From positions 59,847,939 to 59,911,938 of the forward strand of contig NC_068990.1 of the NCBI RefSeq assembly GCF_001194135.2: a stretch of DNA of 64,000 nt. Direction: 5' to 3'. This DNA comes from Octopus bimaculoides. Lineage: Eukaryota. Shown here one piece after another: positions 53,762 to 64,000 of the stretch. The translations under genes were made by a program, and so were the position numbers. Numbering within the stretch: position 1 is the first letter of the stretch; each line of letters begins with the position of its first letter. The notes beneath the pieces are model-generated. The model was not told where the DNA came from. It did not search any database and was given only the letters and a program-made list of their open reading frames with translations.

Positions 53762-53869
53762 GACCTATCAACCCATGAACTGTGGAACTAGCACGAACTA
53801 CCTCACTTATTCAGACCACTACTATTTATATGTAGTGGTCCCATCCATTCTTGCCAGGAGGTGTCATAC

Positions 53870-55280
53870 TCTCACACAACAATAATATTGATGAAAATGC
53901 ACATATTTGCAAGCTCATGCCTGTGAGAACTTCTATGTCTTGAGAATAAGCATCAATACCAGGATTTAAAACTTCTAAAAATCATCTGACTCTTCTTCTG
54001 GGAAGAAATGTTGAAATACTGGTGTTGATATGAAATTAAAATTCCAACTCATGCATTACTCTGAAAATCAAAGGATTTTCAAGGGTGACACTCACTTAAA
54101 TTTACATCTGATTTGATATTCAAATATAAAGGCATAGGTGATTAAGAGGCTTTTGAAGAATTGTTTACATATACTGTGTCTGCTCCAGAACGATACAGTA
54201 CCAGGTGTAATATTTTGAACAAAGCATTGCTCCTTTTAGACAATGTCCCAAACCTCCCAGTGAACTTAAAAGTGCTTTTTGTTAAGGTGAGAGGGAAATA
54301 TATTCCCAAGAATACAACATCTTTGCTCCAGTCAATGGATTGTGACAGGGAGAATAAACCTAGAGTTAGAAACTTCTGGAGGAAGTTCAACATAATGGAT
54401 GCTGTGGATAGCATAGGTGAGTCATGGGACAAAGTGTAACCCTCAACCCTGAATGATATTTGGCAAAACGTATAACCAAACTGTGCCTGTGATTTTGCAA
54501 GCTTTCAACAAACAGAAGGTCTACATCAAATTTAGAAAGACATTGTGACATCTACAGGTGATGAAAAGTTTGAAGAAGTCATAGAAAATGGTGTGTTTGA
54601 GTTGCTAATGTTTCATAGAGGAAACTTATTTAAAGAGGAACTGATGTTGTAAAAACAAGGGCAAATTGAAAATGCAGATGGGAATTCAGAAATAGAAATG
54701 ACTCCATGTAAACTGACTGCAAAAAATATCATTAAAGATTTGGCACTCAAATAAGTTCTGCAAGTTTTTGCTGATAATAATCCTATTTGTGCATTTAACA
54801 AAATATTACAAGAGGTGTTTACAATGAGCACAGTTCCTACACTGAGCTATGCAAAGAAATGATGCACCATAAACATCAAACAATTTTGGATAGGGTCTTC
54901 ACCTTTCAGGTGATAGAAAATCCTGTCCTTCATCCTTCCAGTAAATCTCATTCCACCACAACCCCTCACACATTGGTCAATATCTTTCATGTTAGAATCA
55001 TATTCTACTGCTGTTTTACAATTATTATTTAATCTTTAATGAATTTCTCTTCAAACATTTTAATGTATACATATTGTACTGTATACATTTTATAATTGTT
55101 ATTTTCATGCATAAAAGTGGTCATGTTGCTTCCTTTTGCTCTCAGTTTTTTTTTTCCTCTAAAAATCTATTGGAGCATATTCTCACTTTAGAATATGGAT
55201 ATTAACGAGAAAATTAATTTTGCATTACAAGCAAGATTTTCCTGAACACATTATTTCTGTAAACACAAGGATTTCTTGTA
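53870..55280 (+). mobile_element. Degenerate Tigger/pogo transposon (DDE_1)
   Basis: PGFKTSKNHLTLLLG, ALLLLDNVPNLP, YIPKNTTSLLQSMD, KFNIMDAVDSIGESWDKV. Confidence 0.8.
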
Positions 55281-56607
55281 CTTTTGATTTATTTATTGTG
55301 CATTCTATTTTCAAATTACTAAGGAATAATATCAATCAAGATGACATTATCCATTTTTTATATGGTACAATGATCATAAGCAAGCTATCAAATAATTGAA
55401 AGGTTTAGGGGCTTGTTTTCTTTCACAATAAGAAAAAAAAATCCCTTCAATTTCTTGCCTTTTAATTTGAAAATAATCATCATCTACACCTTTGAAAAAC
55501 TGTATCTCAGCAAAAAATTTGTATTATTAAGAAAGTTATGAGGAGACAAATCAGTAATGAAGCACCAAACTATGGTTACGCCATTCTTTTACACTTCTCT
55601 TAAAATGTGAAACTTCTAGGGTAAAAAATGTTGGAAAAGGTTCACTAAGTTTAGCATTTTTGAAAAATGTTAGATTTATTCACTGAGATGACTGCTTATA
55701 TGTTTTTTATGGTCTGCATTTAATGCATGTGAAAAAATATTTTGTATTAACAGAGAGGTTTCACTGGAGACAAAATAATTATTTGTCAAAGTCATTACAA
55801 GACAATTATTTGTTTTTAAAAAATGTTGTTAAAAAGTTTTTACGATGCACAATGTGTAATTAATGTGTTTAAAAATATTTTAATATAATTAATGTGGTTA
55901 AAAATGTTTTAGAATTAACTTAACATTCCATAAAGCAATAAAAATTCTGCAGTCAAATGTAAGCAGACATATTAGCAACTGGTGTTAGAACAATTAGGTG
56001 TATGAATTGAAAAGTTGTCTGTTAATTAAGTTTTGTTAAAGAAAAAAAAAAGTTAAGTAAATTAGACAAGTGTTGAATAGGTGAAGAACATATAATCGCT
56101 GTTGTATTATATTATTGAATCCTAGCTGCAAGTGTAAATATGATGTCGAAATCTTGTTTACATAACCTAAAATAGTAATAGAGGAAATCCAGCAGACCAT
56201 GACAGTTATAATTAGCTGTATTACAATGTTCATATTACATCCTGATATGTTAATAGAATAAATAATAGTTAGAGACAAAATGTAAGGAATTAGATAATGA
56301 TTATTATTGTTAGTTACATATCCAGGTCATCCCTGATTGAATAAACCTTTGATCAAAGATATTCCAGTCTTGGTTTTCCCATTATTTTATCAGGCATTGT
56401 ATATCTTGGATATAATATATCATACTTTTTTCTTAAAGATAGTTGGGTGTGATTTGAACAATATTTGGATCCTACTACTAACAGATAAATTAACGACATA
56501 GGTACTCTGTGGTTCAAGCATTCATATTCTTAAATGGAATATTTATTTATTCATATTGTTTTGAATTAATCATATATTATCTTGTAGCTTTGATATTTCA
56601 ATGATAT

Positions 56608-56643
<36 letters not shown>

Positions 56644-57094
56644 TGGGTAACCATGTACCTCCTCAATAGCAAGACAGCTGTTTCTGCCTCTCTGTCTCTT
56701 TGTCATACTCTAACCTTTTTATCATCTGATACACGATCATCTCCTCCAATGCCCTCTCAAAATTCCTTGTCTTGCAAGTTACTTGGTGACCCTGCTGGTA
56801 CTGGTGCCACATAAAAAGCATCCAATCCACACTGTGAAGTGATTGGCATTTGGAAGGGCATCCAGCTGTAAAAAACCATGCCAAAACTGACCTTACCTGT
56901 GCTGATGCCACATAAAAAGTACTCAGTCCACTCTATGGGATGGTTGGTGTTAGGAAGGGCATCCAGCCATAAAAGCCATGCCAAAACAGACGGAGCAGCC
57001 TGGTGTAGTCTTCTACCTGGTTGGCTCCTGTCAAACCATCCAGCCCATGCCAATATGGAAGACAGATGTTAAATGATGAAGATGATGATGATGA

Positions 57095-57212
57095 CTATAT
57101 TTTTAGAATGACATTCTAGGGTAGGTGTGAGAGGCCAGATCTGGCTGGTTTGAACATAAAGCAAGTAGAATATTTGGGCTGGATATGGCCAGTTTAAATG
57201 CTAAAGGGTTTA
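57095..57212 (-). mobile_element. Half copy of the TTAA MITE
   Basis: GTAGGTGTGAGAGGCCAGATCTGG...AATGCTAAAGGGTTTAA. Confidence 0.7.
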
Positions 57213-58229
57213 AAGTGCAAGATATAATGGATATAATGAACACTATAAATATAAGAGACAAAATGCATTTTGGTATTCATTCCTGTATCTTCTGTTTTGA
57301 GTTCAAATCCTATTGATGTCAAATTTGCTTCTATCCTTCTGGGTGCAATAAGTAAAGTACCAGTCTATGAAATGTATTTTAGTTCTTTAGATTCTGAGTT
57401 CAGATCCTGCTTAGGTGGTAGACTTACTTCATCTTCTGGTTTAATACACCATCTGGCTCCTAGGGGACTTTAGCGAAATCCATTCAATTGCAAATATATT
57501 GGCCTATTCCCTGCTTTGAGAAGCCTAACCCTAACCCTAGTAAAGATACCTTGTCAAGTCAGACTGACTCATAAGGGCTGGTTTCCAGGTTTACAGTGTA
57601 TATATTTCCATTGGATGGGATGCCAGTCTGTCACAAGATTACACATTTTTTGTCAGCTGAGTGGACTGGAGCAACATGAAATGAAGTGTTTTGCTCAAGA
57701 ACATAATGCATTGTCCAGTCCAGGATCTGAAACCACAATCTTACGATCATTAGTCCAACACCTTAACCACTAAGCCATGTGCTACCTGCTTTGAGAATAC
57801 CATCCTCTTTCTCTTCTGCCTGTCTAAGAGACAGAAAAAGAATAGGGTCACAGCCTCCTCCTTTACTTTACTGAAATATTATAATGAAATATTTTCATAA
57901 ATGTTAAAGCAGATAGATTATCTATCAGTTCTAATATTGAGTATTACCAACTCATTGAATATGATAATGGTTCCAAATTTTGGTGAAAGACCAACAGTTT
58001 TAAGCGGAAGAGGTTAGCTGATTATAGCAACCCCATATCTTATTTCATTGACTCTGAAAGGATGAAAGGCAAAACCAATGTCAGTAGTATTTCAACTCCG
58101 AACCTAAAGGCCATTAAATATTTAGTCTGGCATGCTAACAGTTCTGTCGGCTAATTACTTTAATTGGATATAATGTGACTGAGTATGTCACAAACATGTC
58201 TAACTTTAATGTAATTCTTAGGTAGAATG

Positions 58230-58790
58230 TGGCCAATGAGTTTCCATGCAGTTTCCATTTACTCAATAACACTCACAGGCCTTGGGTCAAATCGAGACTT
58301 TTATAAACAACACATGCCTAAGATGCAAGTGGGATCTTGTCTGATGTGGGATTTCCATACTGCAATTGTTTTAGTTTTGCTTTCAAACAATATGGATTTG
58401 GGTTTAGTACTACTGCATGACACTATGGGCAAATGTCTTCAGCTGTGACCTTGGGCCAACTAAAGATTGTGAGTGAGTTTGGTAGACAGAAACTGAAAGT
58501 AGCCTGTTATGTGTGCATGCGTGTGTGCATGTGTATGAGTGAGTGTGCATGCATTTAAGTGTGTGTATGCTTGCACCTCTTTGTCTTGACATCATGTGAG
58601 TGTTGTAAATGAATGTCATTCATTTCCAGCATTCTAGAATATTCCTATTCTTTTTATTCTTTTCTTTTTTCTTTTACTTGTTTCACATTTGACTGTGGCC
58701 ATGCTGGAACACTGCCTTTAGTCAAACAAATTGACCCCAGGACATATTCTTTGTAAGCCTAGTACTTATTCTGTCAGTCTCTTTTGCTGA
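58230..58790. mobile_element. Cluster of three SINE fragments (-,+,-)
   Basis: Core matches at about 58230-58350, 58400-58640 and 58660-58790. Confidence 0.65.
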
Positions 58791-58877
58791 ATTTGAGTAA
58801 CTGTTAACATAATTTACCTGAAGGTATGGATGAATTAAGTTTAGCTTTAACCTCCCCATTCTTATAAACACCAAAGT

Positions 58878-60886
58878 CAGGGCTGACCCTAAGGTAACTG
58901 ACACACCAGATGAATCAAATTTTAAACGCCCATCCCCTTCCATAGGATGGGGGGATGGCAAGCAAAGTGAGCCCAACAAGCTGGGGATTTCTCCAAGAAA
59001 GTTTTTAGAAATATGAATAAACTTAGGAGCAATTTGAAGTCACTTGTAAAGGAAAATTAAAAAATTTATTTCTTAAAAATTAATGAAAAAATATATAATA
59101 ACTAATAAACCAAATTTTCATAAAAATTTAATATTTTACTAATTGGATGCAAGCAAATATAGTAAACAAACAATAGTTCACCAAGCAGTTGTTTGTATTT
59201 TCCTTCTTTGATTTGATTTGACTCAAAGGTGTTGTTTTTTTATTATTGGTTGTTGAAATATTTAAATACTGTTGTTTTTTATGCTTGGTACTTAAAAGCT
59301 AATTTTGTGAGCTTTCTGTCTAGTAAAGTATTTTACAAGCTCTTGGGGTGGAAGTTTTCTACAACTTTCATGTTCTATGGAAATTGTAGCTAGTCCGGTG
59401 AGTCTCTCTTGGGCCATTGAAGTTCTTAGAAATGTCTTTATTAATTTAGTTTTGAAAAGCTATGCTCTCTGCTTGCAACACTTACTGGTAGGGTTAGCAG
59501 GATTCTGAGAGTGATGTACAAATTTGGAAAGCTTTCTTTTTGTTGCCACTCACAAAATAGCTCAAGCACTTTCAGAGGACCATAGGATTTTTCAAGTCTT
59601 CTTGATATGACATTCGGTTCATTAGACAAATCTTTAGCATCAAAATCAATGTCCTTTGACTCTCCACCCTGTAGGGCAGACTCAAGTTTTATGCACAATT
59701 CCATTATTTGATGAGAAGTTTGATATTGCAAAGATTCTATAACATACAGAAAGCCAAAGATGGAATTTACTTATTTCAGATGTTCCAAGCATTCTGAAAC
59801 TGAGAGAATTTGCAAATGCAAATGAACAATTCTTCATCGCTACGTCCATACCAGAAGTTGATATTGAAAAACCTTTTGAAAGAAGTGAGTCATACATATA
59901 AAGCAATGTTAATTTTTAAGAAAAAAATAAACTGAATACCCTATTATTTTTCTGGAATGAAATCATTTACACATGCCAAGTATGGAGGCAATTTGTGCAG
60001 CTGTTTTGGCATGTAAGGCGAACACACACATACAACTCTATTTCATTATATAGATTACAAAAACAGTTAAAGTCAAGTTCAATATAATTGAGTACATTAC
60101 TCAGACAAATTTGACAGGCCTTACTAATAGAATTTGAATGGTTTCTTGAAGCAAAAATTATATAAGAATTTAATATAAACATCTATTGAATAATTATCAA
60201 TCATATAATTAATATTAAGTGAAAAAGGAGCTAAAAATCCCAATGGAATATGCCCATGGACAAAAAACTTCTTTTTAAAAACCTCCCTTGCTCCTCCCGT
60301 GATTTAATTCGCAAAAAAAATTCTCACAAAAACGAAACTGCTGTGTACATGTAGCAAAACCATGATATAAAAATTTTGCCAATGCCTAACCGATGCTGAT
60401 TTTTATTTTTTTGTTCAGCCATTGGTACATTACTAATATATATATCATATATTTGTAGAGTCACTCACCAGCAAACCAACTTGCCATTATACAATTTATT
60501 ACAACTGTTAAGTATATTACACATACTTTTGAATATTTTAACGACTGTAAAAATATACACATATTATGTTAAATTTAAAAATGCCTCAAATTAAACTGGG
60601 CAGTAATTTTCAAACAATTGGGCTCTGCGATGGACAGAAGCCTTAGAGAGAACATTGGATTTCAGAATTGTAAGTATAACTGAAATCTTTATTGAACTTT
60701 ACTTACTAATTGCTGATAATTTGATAACTGAATTTTTTATTATAATAACTAAATTATCACATTATAATTATAAATTTCTTAAATTCTCTCTTTTCTAAGT
60801 CAACGCCTCCCAAAACATCCCCAGATTTTGTCGACCCCTTAGATGTTGCCACCCTAGGCAGTCACCTAGTGGTAGATCTGACCCTG
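58878..60886 (-). mobile_element. Degenerate hAT transposon with both termini
   Basis: hAT dimerisation domain ESFPNLYITLRILLTLPVSVASREHSFSKL. Imperfect CAGGG TIRs and an imperfect 8-bp TSD (ACCAAAGT / CACCAAGT). Confidence 0.8.
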
Positions 60887-61179
60887 CACCAAGTAACTAT
60901 TTAACTTGCTATGTGAACTTGTGTGCATCAAACCACATAGGTGCATATGCTTACATCTTCATGGATGCTTGCATAAGTGAATGTACATGCACTGTGCAGC
61001 TTGTGTGAGTGTGTTTGTTTCTCATTTGCATCTGTTATTTTATTATTGATCTTCTATACAAATGAAGATGTATCTTTTAATTTGCTGCATTTCTTTACAT
61101 GAAATGAGAAAATACATTCCAGAATTGTTATCTTAATGATTTATGTCTATTTATCACTTGAAGAGACATGCTAGATATC

Positions 61180-61572
61180 TGTGTATGTGTGTTGTTGGCA
61201 CTCCGTCGCTTACGATGTCGAGGATTCCAGTTGATCCGATCACTGGAACAGCCTGCTCGTGAAATTAACGTGCAAGTGGCTGAGCATTCCACAGACACGT
61301 GTACCCTTAACGTAGTTCTCGGGGATATTCAGCGTGACACAGTGTCACAAGGCTGACCCTTTGAATTACAGGCACAACAGAAACAAGAAGTAAGAGTGAG
61401 AGAAAGTTGTGGTGAAAGAGTACAGCAGCGTTCGCCACCATCCCCTACCGGAGCCTTATGGAGCTTTAGGTGTTTTCACTCAATAAACATTCACAACACC
61501 CGGTCTGGGAATCGAAACCGCGATCCTATGACTGCGAGTCCGCTGCCCTAACCACTGGGCCATTGTGCCTCC
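61180..61572 (-). mobile_element. Young tRNA(Arg)-like SINE
   Basis: Minus head TGGCCCAGTGG (A box), GACTCGCAG anticodon-like loop, GGTTTCGATTCCC (B box), followed by a non-tRNA body. Confidence 0.8.
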
Positions 61573-61579
61573 ACGTATC

Positions 61580-62095
61580 ATCATCATTATCATCGTCGTT
61601 TAACATCTGCTTTCCATGCTAGCATGGGTTGGACGATTTGACTGAGGACTGGTGCAACCAGATGGCTGCACCAGGCTCCAATCTGATTTGGCAGAGTTTC
61701 TACAGCTGGATGCCCTACCTAACGCCAACCACTCAGAGAGTGTAGTGGGTGCTTTTACGTGCCACCGGCACAAGGCCAGTCAGGAGGTACTAGCAACAGC
61801 CACGCTCGAAATGGTGTCTTTTATGTGCCGCCCACACAAGAGCCAGTCCAGGGGCACTGGCAATGCTCTTGCTCGAAAGTGCTTACACATGCCGCAGGCA
61901 CAAGTGTGAGAAAGGCGATGCTGGGCACAGGTGCCATCACAATTTTGCTTTCGCTTGCCCCAATAAGTCTTCGCAAGCTGAGTTTCGTGTCCAATGAAGA
62001 AGACGACATTGGCATGGGTGCCAGTCGTCGAATTTAACTCGATTTCGATTTCACTTGCCTCAACAGGTCTTCGCAAGTGGAGTTTAGTGTCCAAT
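61580..62095 (-). mobile_element. RTE-tailed short non-autonomous element
   Basis: (CAT)n-CGTTTAAC..CTTTCCATGCTAGCATGGGTTGGACG...CTGGATGCCC..CCTAACGCCAACC family signature. Confidence 0.85.
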
Positions 62096-62790
62096 TTAAC
62101 TGTGTATTAAACATGCATTCTGAATTCAAATTCCACTGAGGTTGATTTTTGCCTTTCATCCGCTTGGGGTCATTGNNNNNNNNNNNNNNNNNNNNNNNNN
62201 NNNNNNNNNNNNNNNNNNNNNNNNNNNNNNNNNNNNNNNNNNNNNNNNNNNNNNNNNNNNNNNNNNNNNNNNNNNNNNNNNNNNNNNNNNNNNNNNNNNN
62301 NNNNNNNNNNNNNNNNNNNNNNNNNNNNNNNNNNNNNNNNNNNNNNNNNNNNNNNNNNNNNNNNNNNNNNNNNNNNNNNNNNNNNNNNNNNNNNNNNNNN
62401 NNNNNNNNNNNNNNNNNNNNNNNNNNNNNNNNNNNNNNNNNNNNNNNNNNNNNNNNNNNNNNNNNNNNNNNNNNNNNNNNNNNNNNNNNNNNNNNNNNNN
62501 NNNNNNNNNNNNNNNNNNNNNNNNNNNNNNNNNNNNNNNNNNNNNNNNNNNNNNNNNNNNNNNNNNNNNNNNNNNNNNNNNNNNNNNNNNNNNNNNNNNN
62601 NNNNNNNNNNNNNNNNNNNNNNNNNNNNNNNNNNNNNNNNNNNNNNNNNNNNNNNNNNNNNNNNNNNNNNNNNNNNNNNNNNNNNNNNNNNNNNNCATAT
62701 ATGATTTAACATTAATATTAAAATGACTCAATTTAGTTGAAGCATAAATATTTACTGATTTGTGAATAAGTGTGTTATATCCATTAATAG

Positions 62791-62849
<59 letters not shown>

Positions 62850-63831
62850 TGTTTGAGAGAGAGGAAGTGCAGGAATACTTGAAAATCTTGTCATAACAAA
62901 ATCTAAGCACGAAAATAATTTGGGGATGTATTTGAGTGTGTTTGTATACATGTGTGTATGTATATATGTTTGTAAGTGTGAATGGGATAGTGTGCATGCA
63001 TGTGCATATTATACGATATGTATATACAAGTCTGTATTTTTTGTAAGCTACAAATTGATGTGTTTTAATCTTTGTTCCCATTGTGCATGCTTGATATCAC
63101 ACATCTCCAGTCTAGCGAAACCTGCATACATATCGATAAAGACCTTCCTTAATCCAAATGAAAATGACACTGTTCTCAACAATAGTTCTCACGCCTCTGA
63201 ATTTTTTTTCAATTCAAATTCTAATTTTGTAGCTAATGTATTTCTTGCTAAGTTCGTGGATTATTCTATATCTTTACTGCTACCTAACGCTCTCACTTCA
63301 CCCCAGGATCGATGTCATCGAACAGAGCCACACAAGATGATGTGTGTCTTGTGGGAGTACCTTATGAGAGTTTCTAAGAAATAAGGGGTAAACAGGCATT
63401 TCCACACCATCGATACAAGTTAACTAGGGTTTTGTCATAGGTTCAACTCTGCTTGTCTTGCAGATTTCCAATACTTTCTTAGGTTAGATAACACCCCATG
63501 ATTTTCACTTGACTTTCTCGGTGTGCGTGCACATATTTTTTCCTAACCATATGCATGTATATATTCATAATCTTAAACCCTATTAAGAATAATTTGTGGA
63601 TGATGACAAAAGTGGTGGTGGTAGCAGCCTTGACAGTGGTGGAGGATTTCTTTACTCAATACAACTCCATACATTACTGAAGGGAAATAGACATTTGCTT
63701 TCATTTTCTAGGTCAACTATTTCTGTCCCCTCCACCTGAATCATTAACAATTTGTGCGCATGTGAGCACGCAGCTATATGTGTATGTATGTGTGTATGTG
63801 TGTGTGTGTGTATATGTATATATGCATGTAT

Positions 63832-63873
<42 letters not shown>

Positions 63874-64000
63874 TTGTGTGTCTATGTGTACATATAGGCA
63901 TGAATAGATAGATATACATAGACATGTATGATTGTACACATTTTTATATATAAACATGTATATACGTATCTATCTATCCATATATATATATATATATATA

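Noticed and set aside
54161-54439. ORFs with DDE_1, hAT or Tc1 similarity read as possible domesticated genes
   Set aside because: They are surrounded by stops and frameshifts in the same elements, so they are decayed transposons.
57525-57539. CTAACCCTAACCCTA telomere-like repeat
   Set aside because: Only about two units, at the tail of a SINE.
61490-61572. tRNA-like sequence with A and B boxes
   Set aside because: It continues directly into a SINE body and lacks a proper acceptor stem, so it is a SINE head and not a tRNA gene. The same applies to the other SINE heads.
62920-63384. 154-aa plus-strand ORF
   Set aside because: It starts in microsatellite-like sequence and has no recognisable motif. 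It may be the antisense of a decayed TE that I could not classify.

Overview
AT-rich, repeat-dense eukaryotic DNA with seven N-gaps. The SINE families, the (TA/CA/GA/GAT)n density and the gaps beside microsatellites suggest an octopus-type (coleoid cephalopod) short-read assembly; this is an inference. I found no intact protein-coding gene, and almost all ORF-track entries are microsatellite, gap or TE artefacts. Recognisable content is mostly decayed mobile DNA: an R4/Dong-like RLE LINE, a HERO/NeSL-like RLE fragment, RTE and CR1 3' ends, Tc1/mariner, Tigger/pogo and hAT relics, piggyBac-type TTAA MITEs, and dozens of tRNA-derived SINEs and RTE-tailed short elements. Less ordinary items are an ISL2EU-like element with a SAP+SWIM remnant, perfect TIRs and an AT TSD, and a solo LTR with a GACC TSD carrying NRF1/ETS motifs. 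A CpG-rich island at about 35.6-37.9 kb looks like the promoter of a minus-strand, multi-exon, apparently non-coding transcript running toward a TE-poor 7.7 kb block at the window start. Its path includes candidate micro-exons or recursive AG|GT sites. All exon calls rest on splice-signal reading only and need RNA data.
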